NCBI GenBank assembly: GCA_036867785.1 | Contig: CP145416.1 | Location: forward strand, 248,001-312,000 | DNA length: 64,000 bases | From: Plasmodiophora brassicae | Lineage: Eukaryota | Reading direction: 5' to 3' | In this document: piece by piece, positions 48,381 through 62,108 of the stretch | How the letters are laid out: every line of letters starts with the position of its first letter | Position numbering within the stretch: position 1 is the first letter of the stretch | Made by a program: the position numbers and the translations under genes | Notes under the pieces: model-generated | What the model saw: the letters and a program-made list of their open reading frames with translations, nothing else | What the model was told of the DNA's origin: nothing | Database searches by the model: none

Positions 48381-50520
48381 ATGTCGCGCGCCCATATGCT
48401 GCTGGCGGGCCTAACGGCGCTCCTGGTGATGACCAGTACCGGTACGTCGAGAGCCCCTGGCGCTCTCTCTCTTTGTCGTTGCGTTTCTTCGCTACTGACC
48501 GCATGGCGCAGCTCAGGTGCCGACTGAGGCACCATCCGCCTTGCCATCTACAGCGTCGCCGGCGCCAACCCCGACCCCGACCGAGGCTTCCACGCCTGGG
48601 CCAACCGAGTCCCCAACTGCGTCGCCTACGCTGGCACCAACCGAACCTGCAACAGCGCCGCCTACGCTGGCACCAACGGAACCTGCAACAGCGCCGCCTA
48701 CGCTGGCACCAACCGAACCTGCAACGGCGCCACCTACGCCTGCGCCAACCGAGCCGGCAACGTCTGCGCCAACTGAGCCAGCAACACCTGCGCCAACCGG
48801 GCCTCCAACGCCGTCTCCGACAGCGTCCGCCACGCCGATGCCGTCCGACCCACCTACGCCTGCGCCAACAGGAGCTCCTGCAGCACCTGCTACAGATGCG
48901 CCTACTGCAGCAGCGACGTTTCCTCCAACGGACCCGCCTGCCACGCAGACGCCATCGCCAACGACGTCGTCGGCACCTGCTACCCAGCTGCCAACGCCAT
49001 CCCCTACGACGTCTTCGTCGCCCACCGCACCTCCACCGACGCCTTCGCCGACTAGTTCAGCACCAACGCAGGCAGCCCAAGTGACACCGTCGCCCAGCAC
49101 GCCGTCTCCGACGACCGCAACATCGTCGTCGACGCCCACTGGCCTACCAACATCAACTCCTACTCCAGCGCCGACGACATCGACGGCTACGGTCGTCCCG
49201 GCCGCCATACCTCAAGGTCCAGCAACGACGGCGCCACGCACAACCACGTCGACGCCCACGACACCGCCAGCACCTGCGACGACGACGCCAACGCCAACGA
49301 CAGCGACACCTGCGACTTCGACCCCTGCAACGACAGCGCCTGCGACAACGCCAGCACCAACGGCCCGTAACTCGACGGCATCGCCAACGACGCAAGCCCC
49401 GACGATGAACGCCAGCAACGCGACGACGCCGGCCCCGACGATGAACGCCAGCCACACGACGACCCCGGCACCGACGACGGCATCAGCGCCGGCACACACG
49501 ACGACAGCAGCGCCTCGGCGGCCGACGACGACGACGGCGACTCGCAGGCCGAGTGCGACCCGTGTGCCGACGTTGCTGCCTGTACTGCCGGCCGCGATAC
49601 CAGCGACACCAACGACAACGACGACGACCTCGGCGACCGTCGCACCGCACCGTGTCGTCCTGAAACGTCGGTGCAGGAAGCGCGGCGTATCGCAGGCGTG
49701 CCCAGTGTACGTGCCGGTGCCCGCGCATGTCGTCCCAATGATCAGCGTGAACCCGGCCAACGTCACGTTCAACCTGACGCTGAGTAGGTGGCACCCTGCC
49801 TTGTGCTGCGCGTTGTCTGACGATAGGCGCGCGCAGACCTGACCGAACCCACCGGGCAGGCCTACGAACCTGTCACCGTCGACGGGCTGATCTGCATGAA
49901 CCACTACCTGCCCACGCTGCTCTTCGACTTCCGCAACGACCGACCGGCGGGCATTGGTAGGGCGCTCGCTCCCCCGGCAGCGGCCATGGACGGATCGAAC
50001 CGGGTTGCTGACTGAGTGATCACGCGACAGGATTGCAATCGCTGGCCGAGACCGGCAACCAATCGGCGCTGATCGACGAGATCGACGCGCTGAAGGCGGC
50101 AGGGTACGTCGGCAACTACTTCCAGGGGCCGGCATCGATCGCGTTCCCGAACGTGACGACCATGCAGGTCGGTAGATGCTTCGCATCGATAGTAACGGGC
50201 GCACGCTGACCGATGCTGTTCGCCTGCCGCAGGTGCAGGTCAGCGAAGTGTTTCCGTTGCTGTCGTGTGCGGCCCGTCTGACGCCTGGGCCCGACTGGTT
50301 CACCGGCATCGCCGACATCAACCTCCTCGACTGGGACCTGTTCGCCAACGTCACCAGGGACGGCAGGCCGCCGTCGGACACCTTCTACCAGGAGGTGATC
50401 TCCGTCCTGCCCGGGTTCGATGCCGGCACCCTGTCCTACGCGGGCGTCCCCGAATCCGGGAACGTGACCCTGCTGCCCGACGAGTTCGGGTACGCAACCC
50501 TGGCGAAATCGTCCTACTAG
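48381..50520 (+). CDS. Secreted Pro/Thr-rich mucin-like protein with C-terminal Spondin_N-like domain
   Basis: Signal-like [19 protein letters not shown], about 370 aa P/T/A/S stalk with [12 protein letters not shown] repeats, then [22 protein letters not shown]. Confidence 0.8.
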
Positions 50521-50699
50521 ACGCGCGTTACGCAGACCTGGCCCTGCTGCTGCTGCTGCTGCTGCAGACGGATACCCTCTTAGAACATGTATTTGGTACG
50601 GCCGACGGCCCCCCCCCCCCCCCGCACACGAATAAAACAGGGACGCGCGCCCTTGGTACCCCCGACAGAACCGTCGCCCAAGGTACCTACGTAGTTCGG

Positions 50700-51602
50700 C
50701 TACCCGGCCAGGCACTTGGCCGTGCACCCGTAAAAGTCGTCGATGATGCCCTCGTCGATCTGCATGTTGCGCACCTGGATGACGTCGAGGACCTGTTCGG
50801 CGACGTCGGCCGCCATCGGCCCGCCGTCGGCCATGCAGCAGGCGGCCAGGTCCATGAGGACGTCCTCGCAGCGGATCGCATTGACGGTCAGCGCTTCCGG
50901 CAGCATCAGGAACGCCTTCTGCGGTTGTTCCGCCTCGCGGCACAGGCTGATGATGCTGGCGACGGCTTCCACGGATCGCGGCCCGTGCTTGAAGTACACG
51001 TCGATGGCGTCGTCGACCAGGGGCGGATTTGCGATGCGACAGGACCGCACGACGAGGTCGAACAGGACGTCGCAGATCTTCAGCTTGTGGTAGACGAGCT
51101 CGCGCGCGACCTCGGGCGCCTTGGTGGGCAGGCACCGGGCGCAGAACGCCAGCATCGTCCAGAAGTAGTCGTAGTGCAGGGAGAAGTCGTCGTCCAGCAT
51201 GACCGTATGGATGGTCCATCCACGCAGCGGGTCCGTCTCCTGCTTCAGGGCGCCGACGGCGGCGGCCACGTTCGGCCTGTTGACGAACGACTGGAACACG
51301 GTGGTCGGGGGCGTGCGCGGCACCCACCCTTTCGGCACAACGCCCTCGTCCCAGCGACGCCCCGTCACGTCATCCGTGCTCCTGTGCCGCCCGCCCCCAT
51401 CACGAGCGACCTGACGACGCGGGCGACGCCCGGCGCCATCGTCTCCCGGCGCCCGGAACCTTTTCGATTCGCGCCAGTTCGGGTTCAGCGCCTTCTTCAA
51501 CCTGGACTGCTTGCGCGCGTACGTCCCCATGTGCTGGCGAAGGCCGGGCAGGGCCGCCGCCGCCGCCGACACGATACGCCGCCAGGGCGCACCCGGCCAC
51601 AT
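50700..51602 (-). CDS. Hypothetical helical protein, possibly organelle-targeted
   Basis: About 300-aa ORF with GC3-rich codons and an Arg/Ala-rich N-terminus. Confidence 0.6.
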   Translation of the reverse strand: MWPGAPWRRIVSAAAAALPGLRQHMGTYARKQSRLKKALNPNWRESKRFRAPGDDGAGRRPRRQVARDGGGRHRSTDDVTGRRWDEGVVPKGWVPRTPPTTVFQSFVNRPNVAAAVGALKQETDPLRGWTIHTVMLDDDFSLHYDYFWTMLAFCARCLPTKAPEVARELVYHKLKICDVLFDLVVRSCRIANPPLVDDAIDVYFKHGPRSVEAVASIISLCREAEQPQKAFLMLPEALTVNAIRCEDVLMDLAACCMADGGPMAADVAEQVLDVIQVRNMQIDEGIIDDFYGCTAKCLAG

Positions 51603-51687
51603 CGGCACCAGCGCGATCGCTGGTGACAATCAATCACACACGACGGACGGATGTCCCCGGACGCGCTGAGAAAAGCCCGAGCGCACC

Positions 51688-51830
51688 ACGCAGCAGCGGC
51701 ACGCAGCAGCCCTGCAGCAGACTGCAGCAGCGGCACGCAGCAGCACGCAGCACGGCAGCAGCGGCACGCAGCTGCACTGCAGCAGCGGCACTGCAGCCGC
51801 AGCAGCACTGCAGCAGCACTGCAGCTGCAG
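51688..51830. repeat. Degenerate (GCA)n-rich repeat between divergent genes
   Basis: Recurrent GCAGCAGCGGCAC / GCACTGCAGCA units. Confidence 0.8.
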
Positions 51831-51969
51831 ACGCCGCGGTCCGGCCCCTGTAGCAGTCGACACAATGCCGCGACTGTAGTCACAGGACTGCAGCACGGAC
51901 GCGGCCGCCGCCGCCTCCACCTGCCGGCCGGGCGCGCGCGCGCATCGTTGTCGTCCGCGCAGCGCCGCG

Positions 51970-54890
51970 ATGGATGCCGAGCTGCGGGACCTGGTGCATC
52001 GCCTGCAGCGGGTGGGCGGGTCGGACGAGGCGCGCCTGGCGACCTGGCAGTCGTTCGTCCTGGTTCATTCGGGGCCGGGTGCCGCCGCCGCCCACCGCCT
52101 GCAGTATAAAGTCGACCAGCAGGCCGGCCACGCCGACATCACGTACGGTCCGCAGCGCTCGCCGTCTCCCTCGCCGACCCGATGATCGGTGGCCGCACGG
52201 CAGGGTTGTGGCGCGCGACGGGACACGCCGGCGGTATCGTGCATCGCAGGCCGCTCCGCAGGAGCAGCGCCCTCGTCTGCAAGCCGCCATACTCGATAGC
52301 GCCCTGGAATGGGTCTGCTCCGGGTTCCACTCCACTATCGTCATTGTCGGGCAATCCGGTTGTGGTCGTCGCGTTTCGCTGCATGCCCCATGATCTAACA
52401 GAGGGGGCGGCAGGTCTGCCGAATCCCGTCGCCGTCGCCGACCATCTGCTGGCCACCGCCACTGACCGCATCCTGCACGAGGTTGCAGGTCGGCTATAGG
52501 CTCGATGCGCCCTGCAGTAGCTAGGCACCTGCCTAACGCTGCCTGCGCAGACGGGAACGACCACCAGGAGGTGACCGTCGCCTTATGGGAGGTCGACGAC
52601 CATAGCAAGACGGCAGTCGACATCCTGTCCAGGTCGGCCCCGTGTCTGACCTGGGTACCGACGACCATTCAGACTGGGTTCCGGGCCCTGCACAGGGTGG
52701 TCACTGGACAGCGACGTGTCCTGAAGCCCAACGAGCATCCGGTCCAGGTCCAGGTGCAGACGGTCAGCCAGGTCCACAACATCATGGACATTGCTGCGGC
52801 CACCGGTCTGCTTTCGTCGTGGACCGCCCGCCCACCAGTAACTCCCCTGTTCGTGTTCTAGGATCGGGACCCACCTGTCATCGGTTCTGGCGCGTATCCG
52901 TCCTTGACCACGTTCGCAACACGACCTGCGCCCTGAACGTCAGCAATGGCGGGTCTGTTTGTGAACGCGATCGCCTCTGACAGGTATCGGCAGGTCGTGG
53001 AAGTCGCCGACGACGCCCTTGCGATCGCGTCGTTAGGCCGGTTGCTAACGCAGCTGGCCGATCCGGCCACGGGCGCCCATGTTCACGCCTTCCGGGATAC
53101 CAAGTCGTTTCCGTATCACGATGGATGGCGTGGTCGGTGCTGACGTCAACAATGGGCCAGGCTGACCGAGCACGTCGGCCCGATGCTGACGCATAACTCC
53201 AAGTCGATCCTCGTCGTCTGCGTGGCCGACGACGAGGCGAACTTCCTGGGCGCCTCCACTCTGCTACATATGGCCGAGCAGGTGCTCACGATGACAACGC
53301 CCTGCGTTCGCAACAGTGGGCCGGGGCCGTCCAGGGCCAAGGCCGACATCGTCCCCTATAACAGCGTTCGACCGGATGCGCCCCTCGACTTCCCGGATGG
53401 CAACGTCAGCGGCGATTCGATATCGACCGTCACTATGGGTCTCATCGCCTCCTGATCGGGTTTGACCCTGCAGGTTCTGAACAAGAAGGACCAGGTGGAC
53501 AACGTCATGAGGCTGTCGGCGTCGCTCGACGACCTCGAGAAACAGTTCGACCTGTATGAACCGGCGACTTGTGCTGTTTGTCCACCGGCGACGGGATGTG
53601 ACCCACCTGGCGTGCGACGCAGGATCGGCCTGTCGAGCGGCTCGGACGGCGGCTCACAGGCAGGCGCCAGCAAGGCTCGCATCGACGACCAGGAGCCGTC
53701 GCCAGCCAGTGCCGGGCAGACATCGCAGCCGCTGCTGGCGTCTACTGAGGAACGGCTCCTGCACAAGGAGATCCAGGTCCGTTGTCCAAGCGCGTCGTTC
53801 CCGTCGGTCGCCTCAGACGTGGCCAGGTGGCCAACCTGCTGCTGGAGAACGCGCACTTGCAGGACCGATGCCAGTCGCTGCAGGGCGGGTCGCCGGTCGG
53901 ATCCGTGCTGGCCGACGCCGATCGCAGGGTCGACCGTCTACAGCGCCAGGTTGCCCGCCTGCGTCGAGCCAACGCCGACCTGGAACTCCAGCTGTCCTCC
54001 TCCACCATCACCGGGTACCGGCCAAAGTCAGATCCGTCGACGGGCGCGATCGTTCGCACCCGGGCACTGACGCGTGCGTTGCCGCCCCCCACCAGTTCGT
54101 GCTTCCCGATGGAGTCGGTCGCCCTGCGCAACCTGCAGAGGGCGCTGGACAAGGCGCAGGCGAAGGTGGCCGCCCATGAAGCCAAGCAGGCCGACGCCGA
54201 CAGGGCCAGGAACGTCGCCGAGCGGGCGCAACGATGCCTGCAGTCGGTGTTGCAGAAGAACGCCGCCCTGTCCAGGACGATCGACGCCCTGCAAGGGCAG
54301 TGCGCGTCGCTGAAGGAATCCGCCCAGGAAGCCGCCGACCGCGTCAGGAACTGGCATCGTTCGCCCATCGATCGCGCTCTCGCCGTCCTGACGGTGTTGG
54401 TACAGGCCGATCGCGCCGAGGGCTGCCTGCGGGACACCCAGCGCCAGGTTGATTACGGCCACGACAAGATCAGGACGCTGGAGGCGGAGCTGACCCTGGT
54501 GCGGGCAATGTGCGACGATACGACCCGGGGCGTGCGCCCACCGAGCGCCACCGGTACGCCCTGGCAGCACGCGCGTGCGGCGCCGGCCGTCACTGATCGG
54601 CCAGCGTCCCGTAGCGCCTGACAGAGGCCACGTGCCCATGTCGCGACTGCTGCACCAGCTGGAGAGCGAGGTCATGGCCTTGCAGCCGGCCAGCAGCCAG
54701 ACGCGCTGCCTGAAGCTGTTGCACAGCGCTCGGCAATCGTTGCAGGTGCGCGTCCGCCCGCCCCACCGTCGTCGCACGTGTGCTGAGTGCTGGGTCGCCC
54801 CCAGGCGATGGACCGGGACCACATGGAGATGTCCCGACGGATGCACCGCTGGTCCACGCTGGTCAAATCCATCAGCAGGTCCCCGTAGCG
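51970..54890 (+). CDS. Divergent kinesin-like protein with coiled-coil tail (multi-exon)
   Basis: LEWVCSGFHSTIVIVGQS, AFRDTK-LTEHVGPMLTHNSKSILVVCV...STLLHMA, then heptad-rich exons 53470-54890. Confidence 0.7.
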
Positions 54891-54918
54891 GGCGTTCCAG
54901 TCTCGCATGGATAATGTA

Positions 54919-56031
54919 TTATGGGACTAGTGCCGTCGACGTCGACGCCAGGCCTGTCTTGGCACTGTGGTTGCCCGCCGCTTTGTCGGCGAACGTGACC
55001 GTGCCGGTGTACAGGGCGGCGACGCCGTCGGATGCCAGGCAGCGTCGCTCCCAGTGGATCAAACACGGTCGAGGGCGCCCGGTCCGACCCGTCACCGACG
55101 TCGACACCGACCCGACCATGCGATCGCTGACGACGACGTCCAGCCACGCGTTGGCCAGACTTGCCAGCGACGATGCCCTGCAAGGATCGCACGCCGCGTC
55201 AGCAACGCGAGAGGGGCGCGTCCTGTGCGCGCGCCCTACGTGAGGATGGGGGCCGTCGGCCACCTGTTGGCGAGCATGTCGTTGAGGTCGGCCGCGGTCA
55301 CGCCGAGAATGTCCAGGGCGCCGGGCGACACCGTCACGAGGCACTCCAGCGTGACGTCGTCGGTGAACATGGCCTGGAACTCCACGGCGTCCTGCGTGAG
55401 GGCGAGAGACAGGTGAACACGGCCCGTTATGCGTCTGGGTCGGCTGTCCAGTGACCTCAGCCATCGGTCCTCGTCGTCGGGCTTGTCCGGCGTGCACAGC
55501 GGCGTCAGCGTCCGTCGCAGGTTCAGGAGATCGTCGCGCGGCAACAGTCCCGACAGCGACGTTAGCAGAATCTCCCTGCACCACGTCAGACCAGGCCAGC
55601 ACGCCGGGAACGTGGATCCCCGATCCCTACAGTCGCAATGGCGTGATCGTGTCGAACAGCGAATACTGCCTGGCGGTGTGCAGCAGGACGGAGGCTAGCG
55701 GTTCATCGCTGGGGTTGTTCTGTCCCTGGCGCGCATTCCGCCTGGGTCTGACCGTGCACAGGTCCGGGCGCTCGAGCCGGACGCAGCGCGGGCAGGGGCG
55801 CTCATCGGAGCAGGCCACCTTGGACTTGTTGCACGGTTCGCATGCCTTCAGGCGATTCTTGCGAGCCGCCGGGTGCCGTGGCTCGCCCGGCACGTCGACA
55901 GGACGATTGACACACTGTTCAGGGCATCCCCGGAAGGTGCACTGTTGGCATGGGCGCCCCGGATCGCACCGTGCCTTACGGAGGACGCACGGTTCACACG
56001 CGACCTTTAATCGGGCCGGGCGTGCTGCCAT
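54919..56031 (-). CDS. Tandem Zn(II)2Cys6 transcription factor, paralog 1
   Basis: CEPC..KARCD..RPCQQC....C and CEPC..KVACSDERPCPRC....C. Confidence 0.85.
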
Positions 56032-57499
56032 GCCAGATGAGACAGGGCAGGCTGGGGTACGGATCCAGTCGGGTCCTGCCGATGATCACGGCTCGGCAGC
56101 AGGCATGCGGGGCCGGCAGCAAATCTGCGTGTACCGCCTGTCCGACTCAGGGGACCGACCTGGTCAAATCAATCAACCCGCTGTGTGGGATGGTAAAACC
56201 CATCACCCGCGCACTCCGCAATGGCCAACGGGACACCCTCAGAATCAGCCGCGCCTCCTCGTCGTGTGACCTGCCTGCCCCGAGCGGTTGCGCTTCCGGG
56301 GCACGACGACTATCGATCCCCATGGACGAATGATGTCGGATATAGTAATTATTATCCCTACAGTAGTCGATGGCGGATAATCGTCTGTCATAGATCTGCG
56401 TTCGGCGTGGACACGTCTTGACCTCTTTTTGCTCCGGACGGATCGAGAACCCGAAAATAGAACGAGCTCGAGCGCCGTTCTCCCTCCGATCAACGCCACG
56501 TTCGGAGCTCCCCCCATACATTGGACCGCAGAACGCCCAGTTGAAGACAGTGAATTGACCTGAATATATATGCAGGATGTATCGGCTTGCGAGTTTCTTA
56601 CGGTGCACTACCGCGTCGGGACCTACATAGCCGGCGATATGCACGTCACCCATCGGACGCCCCGGAACGCGCAGCCGCCTCTTGATGCGGGTTCGATGGC
56701 CGTGGTTGCGGTTGCCGGCACGATACCCCTCAGCTACCTATAACATGCGTACGGGATTACTGACACCGCCACTCGCACCAAACGAAGCAGAGCAAACCTA
56801 ACGTTGTTGCATGAGCGTATTCGGCAAAAATATCGGGCCGGGCCTGAACTCCACTGCTGCATTCGTCGAGGGCTGTGCAGGTGGCGATCGCCGTTACGCT
56901 CCGGTGCTGGCAATAGTTGGCAGGCGATCGCACGAGCCACATCGAGTTCGTCGGGAGATCCGAAGACAGCCCAGACCAGGTCAGACGCCTATTCAGTACT
57001 CCTTGCTGGTGACTGGTCATAGTGAAGGTCGTCAATGTCGCTTCATGGTCCCCGGCGAGGAGGACCCTCCGCGGCGTTCGGCCGGGGGGTACCCCATCAA
57101 CAACCTCGAGCATGACAAATCACCAGCAACGAGCACTGAGCAAGCGGCCTGCCTGGAGCGCTTCTGGGTCGGTGCGTGGATTCACAAACGCAACGCGGCG
57201 TTGCCGTTGTCGGGACGACGCAAGGATAAGCGGCCAGCTCGACAGTCCGTGCAGTGCCATTGGGTAGGTAGCGCAATGGTGCGCGCAGTTTCCCGGGCGC
57301 CCAACGGCCCCTGGCCCCAGGCCTGCGCCCGATTTCTAATTTTGAGCCCTGCGACGTCCCCGCGACAACCCCAATCGCCGATCCGAGCGGATATTTCAGA
57401 CACCGATATATTAGAGACGATACAGGTTATCGATAGGCGGACGCAGATGACGTGAAGGTCGCCTGTCGAACTACTTTCAAGAGGCAGCAAACGAGGTCC

Positions 57500-60309
57500 G
57501 TTACCAGGCACGTACCAGTGTGCCATCGTACGCTGCAGTGATGAGCTGTGGCGATGACGGATTGAATGCCAGCGCAGAGACGGCGTCTCGGTGCGACTTC
57601 AGGCGAGCCAAATATCGGCCGGACCCAACATCATAAATGAACGTCAAGTTATCTTCTGATCCAACGGCAACCCACCTGCATGTTCACCACTGAGCACGAA
57701 GGTGACGTCTGCATTGCCATCGGCGTCTCACCTGACACATGGGCTGATAGCCAGGCCCACCTGCTTCTGACGATTCGTGTGCCCGAAGAACCTACACCGG
57801 AACGTAACTTAGGAGGCCCTCCCGCGTCGTTGACATCATAGTTACCGGCGAACAGGCCGAGATACACGAATGTCCCAGAGCTTGGCGGTGGAATCGGCGG
57901 CGGCAGTACAGAACAGGTTATGATCCGATGCCGCAATGTTGCCCGCATTGGATGCTATCGAGATGGAGTGGACAGGTCGCCCGTGGGCATGGCCGGCACT
58001 CCAAACGGCGGTGCCTCCCACAGCCATATCAATCGCTGCCTGGCGAAGTCAGTAGCAGGCCCCCAGGGCGACCGTCGTTCGTGCAAGTACGTCACCTAGA
58101 ATTTCCCTGTTGCGAGTGCCTGCCAGAACAAGCCGGCTGGCTTTGGAGTTACGCGCACATATGCGCGTGATCGCCGAGTTCGACTCGATGTCTCTCTTGA
58201 AACATGCGACCCGGGCGAACCTGTAATCTTGGAACGGGCGAGCCAGGTCGTTGTGGATGCCGGACGCTGATCCGAGACGATACTTATACCTTGCAAACAA
58301 TAGTCAGCGCTGCAGGACTGTACGGTATCGAAGGGATGCCGATCGCACAGGGCGACTTCGTTACGGCAGCACATGGCGATGAATGCGTCGCCGTAGAAGA
58401 ACGATGCGTCACTGACTTCGCCGGACAGCGGGGAGTTGCCGCGGGCAGTGGACCCGGCGAGATTGCTGTGCGTGTGCGTTATCCGACAGACAGGGTCCAG
58501 TCGAGGGAGCTCGTAAATGGCGACGCTCTGTCCACACAGAAAACCATGGGCGCCTGTTGCCGATGTACATCGGTGCCGACACTGACCCTATCCGCCGACG
58601 CCGTCACCAGCAGCGTCGACGACGAACTCCAGTTGCAGGTTTTGACAGAACCGGTATGCCCTGTAAGAATGAGGCTGTGGCGTTTCGAGGGCCCGCTTTT
58701 GTGGAGCCTCGTTGAGCCATCGGTTGAGCACGTCAGGAACGAGTTGCCTGACGACGAGAACGACACAGCGTTGACTGGGCCGCTGTGCACAGGGGTTTCC
58801 CATCGGTTCTGCGAATGTGGACCTTAGGTACGCGCTGCGGTAGTTGATACTCTGGACACGTACTTCGGGTGTGCAAATCAACTCACAATCGATTGGATAG
58901 CTGAAACGAACGGGGTGTCAGACCATGGATACTCTTCTGGCGGACCCATACAGGTTCGTACTTTCGCGACGGTCCCGTGCCAGCAGCTGGTCTGGCTTGC
59001 TTCTTGACAGGTTTGGGTCCCGGCCTCGAAAACATCACCTGTCGTGGCTGACGGGTGTCCCCATACCCTGTGGACCGGACGCGAGCGTGAAACAGGATGG
59101 GATGATTTAAGCTGCTCTTCGATGGTTTCTTTGTGGTCTTCACCCCTGCCAGGCGTGGCATCCGTTACAATGTGCACCATGCGTTCCCAGGGCTAGCTTA
59201 CGGGAGGAAAACGTGGAGTTCAACAAAGGCGATCCCTCAGGCAGGTCATCGTCGATCCCGTACGACTCTCCTAGAGTCACCGTCGTTGCAGAAGATCGCA
59301 TGAACCGGCGGACATGGAACTGGGTGGCGACGAGTGTATTCGAGAAGGCGCCGGCCATCAGCGAGGTGATCGTCGATCCATCGCTGCTCGCAGCAATACC
59401 ACACGTGCTCTGGATCGCGGCCAGTTCTTTCACAGCCAGCAAATCCAGGCTATCGCCGTTCAGGACGCATATCGCGGTCGTAGTTATGATGACCAAGGAA
59501 GAGCTGGGGCCAAGCCATGTCATCCCAATAACCGTCATAGACATGACGAGCGCGTCGTCGTCATCGTCAGCAGCGGCATCGTCGGGGCATACTCCCTCCA
59601 GTGTATCCCGGGACTCCTCAATCATTCGGAACAGATTGACGCGGCCCAGATACCGGCACTCGGCATCGCTGATGATATCGAACAGGCTGATGTGGCCGTC
59701 GGTGGTGGCAATCGCGAACCGTGTCGTATCAGGATGGACAGCCACTGAGTTGGCCGGCGATGCCGATGGCAACATCGTCTGGTACGTCAGGTCCGTCTTG
59801 GTCCATATATTCAACGACCCGTCACTGCCGACCGACACGAATTGCTCGCCCGCGAACGCCATTGCACAGCAGTGTCGATGACGGAGCGTAGACAGAACCA
59901 TCCCAGACTGACTGGACACGAATCGGATCGCACCGCTCTCGTCGACGATCGCCAAGACTGAACCACCGCGACAGAAGACGCAGCTGACGACCGAGTCGAA
60001 CGGGTCCAGCGGCAGAACCCGACCGACAAACGAGGTCAGGCCGGGGCGAAGGTCCCAGAATACAATGGCGTCCCGCGAGCAGGACGCTGCGATGGAGTCG
60101 GCGACGGCCACGGCCGTGATTGCCGACGCATGATCGCCCCGGCACTGATGGATGCGGGCGGCGCCCGGCCGCATGTCGACGATGATGACGCCGCCGGTTG
60201 GAATGCCGGTCCCGATCGCCCAGTACTCGGACGCCGCTAGGCAGGCGCTGGGCGTCGGCACCGATATCTGCCAGGCGTCGGTCCAGATGGCATCGTCCTC
60301 GGAGGACAT
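57500..60309 (-). CDS. WD40-repeat protein, WDR27-like (multi-exon, 3' end approximate)
   Basis: Many WD repeats (HSGPVNAVSFS, GHTGSV, AKLWDIR) and the LFHARVRSTGYG linker. Confidence 0.75.
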
Positions 60310-60565
60310 GACGCCTCGTCGACCCAGTGGCGAAAATTGCTGAAGTCTGCCGCCCCTTTTTTTCGTCGTTGGAGTGACGAACCGAACGCGCCCCCGTCTG
60401 GCGATACAACGCGGTTACAAGTTGTCCAGCACGTTGATGACAACGGGGACGACTGTATAGGAGCCGCGATGGAGCTAATACTCTACGTCTTCCTACACGG
60501 ATGATGGGTAGCGTACAATGAAGTCAACGATCGCATGCCGAAACGTCCAGCAACAGCTCGGTGTA

Positions 60566-61924
60566 TTACGAGGAACGGGAGAACTGGCTGACGTATTCGT
60601 CAGCGGCCCCGGGTCCCCAGTCGACGAACGGGGATGGGTGTCGGCCGTGCCCCGCCAGAATGCTCAGATCCCGGGCCTGATTGGCAATAGCGACGCGCAT
60701 GACATCGACAGGTGACTCGCTGAACGCGGCCATGAACTGGTATCCCTGCAGCCGATCGCCGATCTCCTGTAGCAGCGACCGACACCGCTCATGTAGTTGC
60801 GATATCTCGGCGGCGTCGCGTTCAGGCGTCTCGGGCAGGGCCGCTATGTGACTAGGATGGCTGTCCGGAATCTGCATAGATATATCATAGACCTGGCGAC
60901 ACTTGTCGGCGTCGTCCAACCTAACGTAACCCAGTGTCAGATGCAATGCAGTACAGGCGGCGAACTGATACGCGGCGTACCTCAGATGGTAGAGAAACGT
61001 CAGAGGATCGGCGGGCCTCAGCACCTTGTCGAGAGCGCCAGGAAGCGTATCGATAGAAATCTGTCCAAGGCCGAATACGTCACGCAGGACCTCATCACAG
61101 ATGACCTGGGTCGGATCCTGGGCGTGCAGCAGCTGGTACCGACGGATATACGCCCAGAGACTCTCGAGGACGTTCTCCTTGGTCGGAAGCATTTGCAATC
61201 CTAGAGCGGCGGCCAGCCGATCTGGAGCAACCCAACGTGGAGGGTACTGCTCCAGGTTTAGCAGCACACGACAATGCGTGTCTTCGTTAGCCGCCCGCGC
61301 CGTCAGCTCAATGCCATCGAGGTCGACGTCCTCGTCGTTGCGATTCCATTCCAGTATGCACTCCGATTCGGAATACGCTGGCGCCTGAAGCTGAACGGCA
61401 GCGTTCCGAACGTAATGCGAAAACCGGTTTCGGTCCCGGTGCGAATCCGGGTTCCCCGTCTGCAGAGGTTGCAACCATTGAGCAATGGAACTGTGCATGT
61501 CTTGCTGAGCAACAATGACATACGTCTGGATTGACAAGGTGCCCGTGGACACGAAACCGGAGCGTATCGTTGTCAATCTCATGGGCCAGGAAGATTCGTA
61601 GCGTGCGATAGACAGTCCTAGGTGTCCTCAGGATGCGTTGGGCATCCAAACGCATGCGTGCCAGTGCCGCATCGATTCGCTGTTCGAACCGGGTCAGCTG
61701 CAGGAATAGTTTCGCTTCTGGAATGAGCGCATCGAGCTGACAAACGCAGCGGTGAGTCGTGGCCTGCCTCTGGACGACGCCAGTCACCGACCTGTTGCGG
61801 CAGGCGCAGCTCGGGTACGATCGGCAGCTTCCTACATTGGCACCACTGAGGACATGTCCCTTGCGGGGCTGCCAATCGCGTACCTTGGGGCGTGCGAATC
61901 CGAATCGCTGCCCGACGTGCCCAT
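60566..61924 (-). CDS. SWI/SNF BAF60/SMARCD/Swp73-like SWIB-domain protein (5' end uncertain)
   Basis: IPEAKLFLQLTRFEQRID, RTLRIFL, LWAYIRRYQL..DPTQVICDEVLRDVF, FMAAFSESPV..IANQARDL. Confidence 0.9.
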
Positions 61925-62108
61925 CGGCGATGCCGCCACGGTCCGCGGACTCACACGCGGTACGGAGTTCTGCAGACCATTTAGCAATGCCACGGGCCAT
62001 CTTCGTAAACGGCCAGCGCTCAGCGGTATATATGTATTCACAACGTGAACGTGGTAGACAATAGATGGATCATGGAAATGGCGTGTCCAAACGCGTGGTT
62101 GGCGGGGA

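Noticed and set aside
48473-49738. Overlapping Arg/Gln-rich and antisense Val/Gly-rich ORFs
   Set aside because: Shadow frames of the P/T-rich mucin coding sequence.
50116-51626. Long alternative ORFs of 403 and 453 aa
   Set aside because: GC-rich shadow frames of the 50700-51602 gene, with no motifs.
56147-57455. Several 100-200 aa ORFs
   Set aside because: No recognisable domain or consistent exon chain. Left unassigned.
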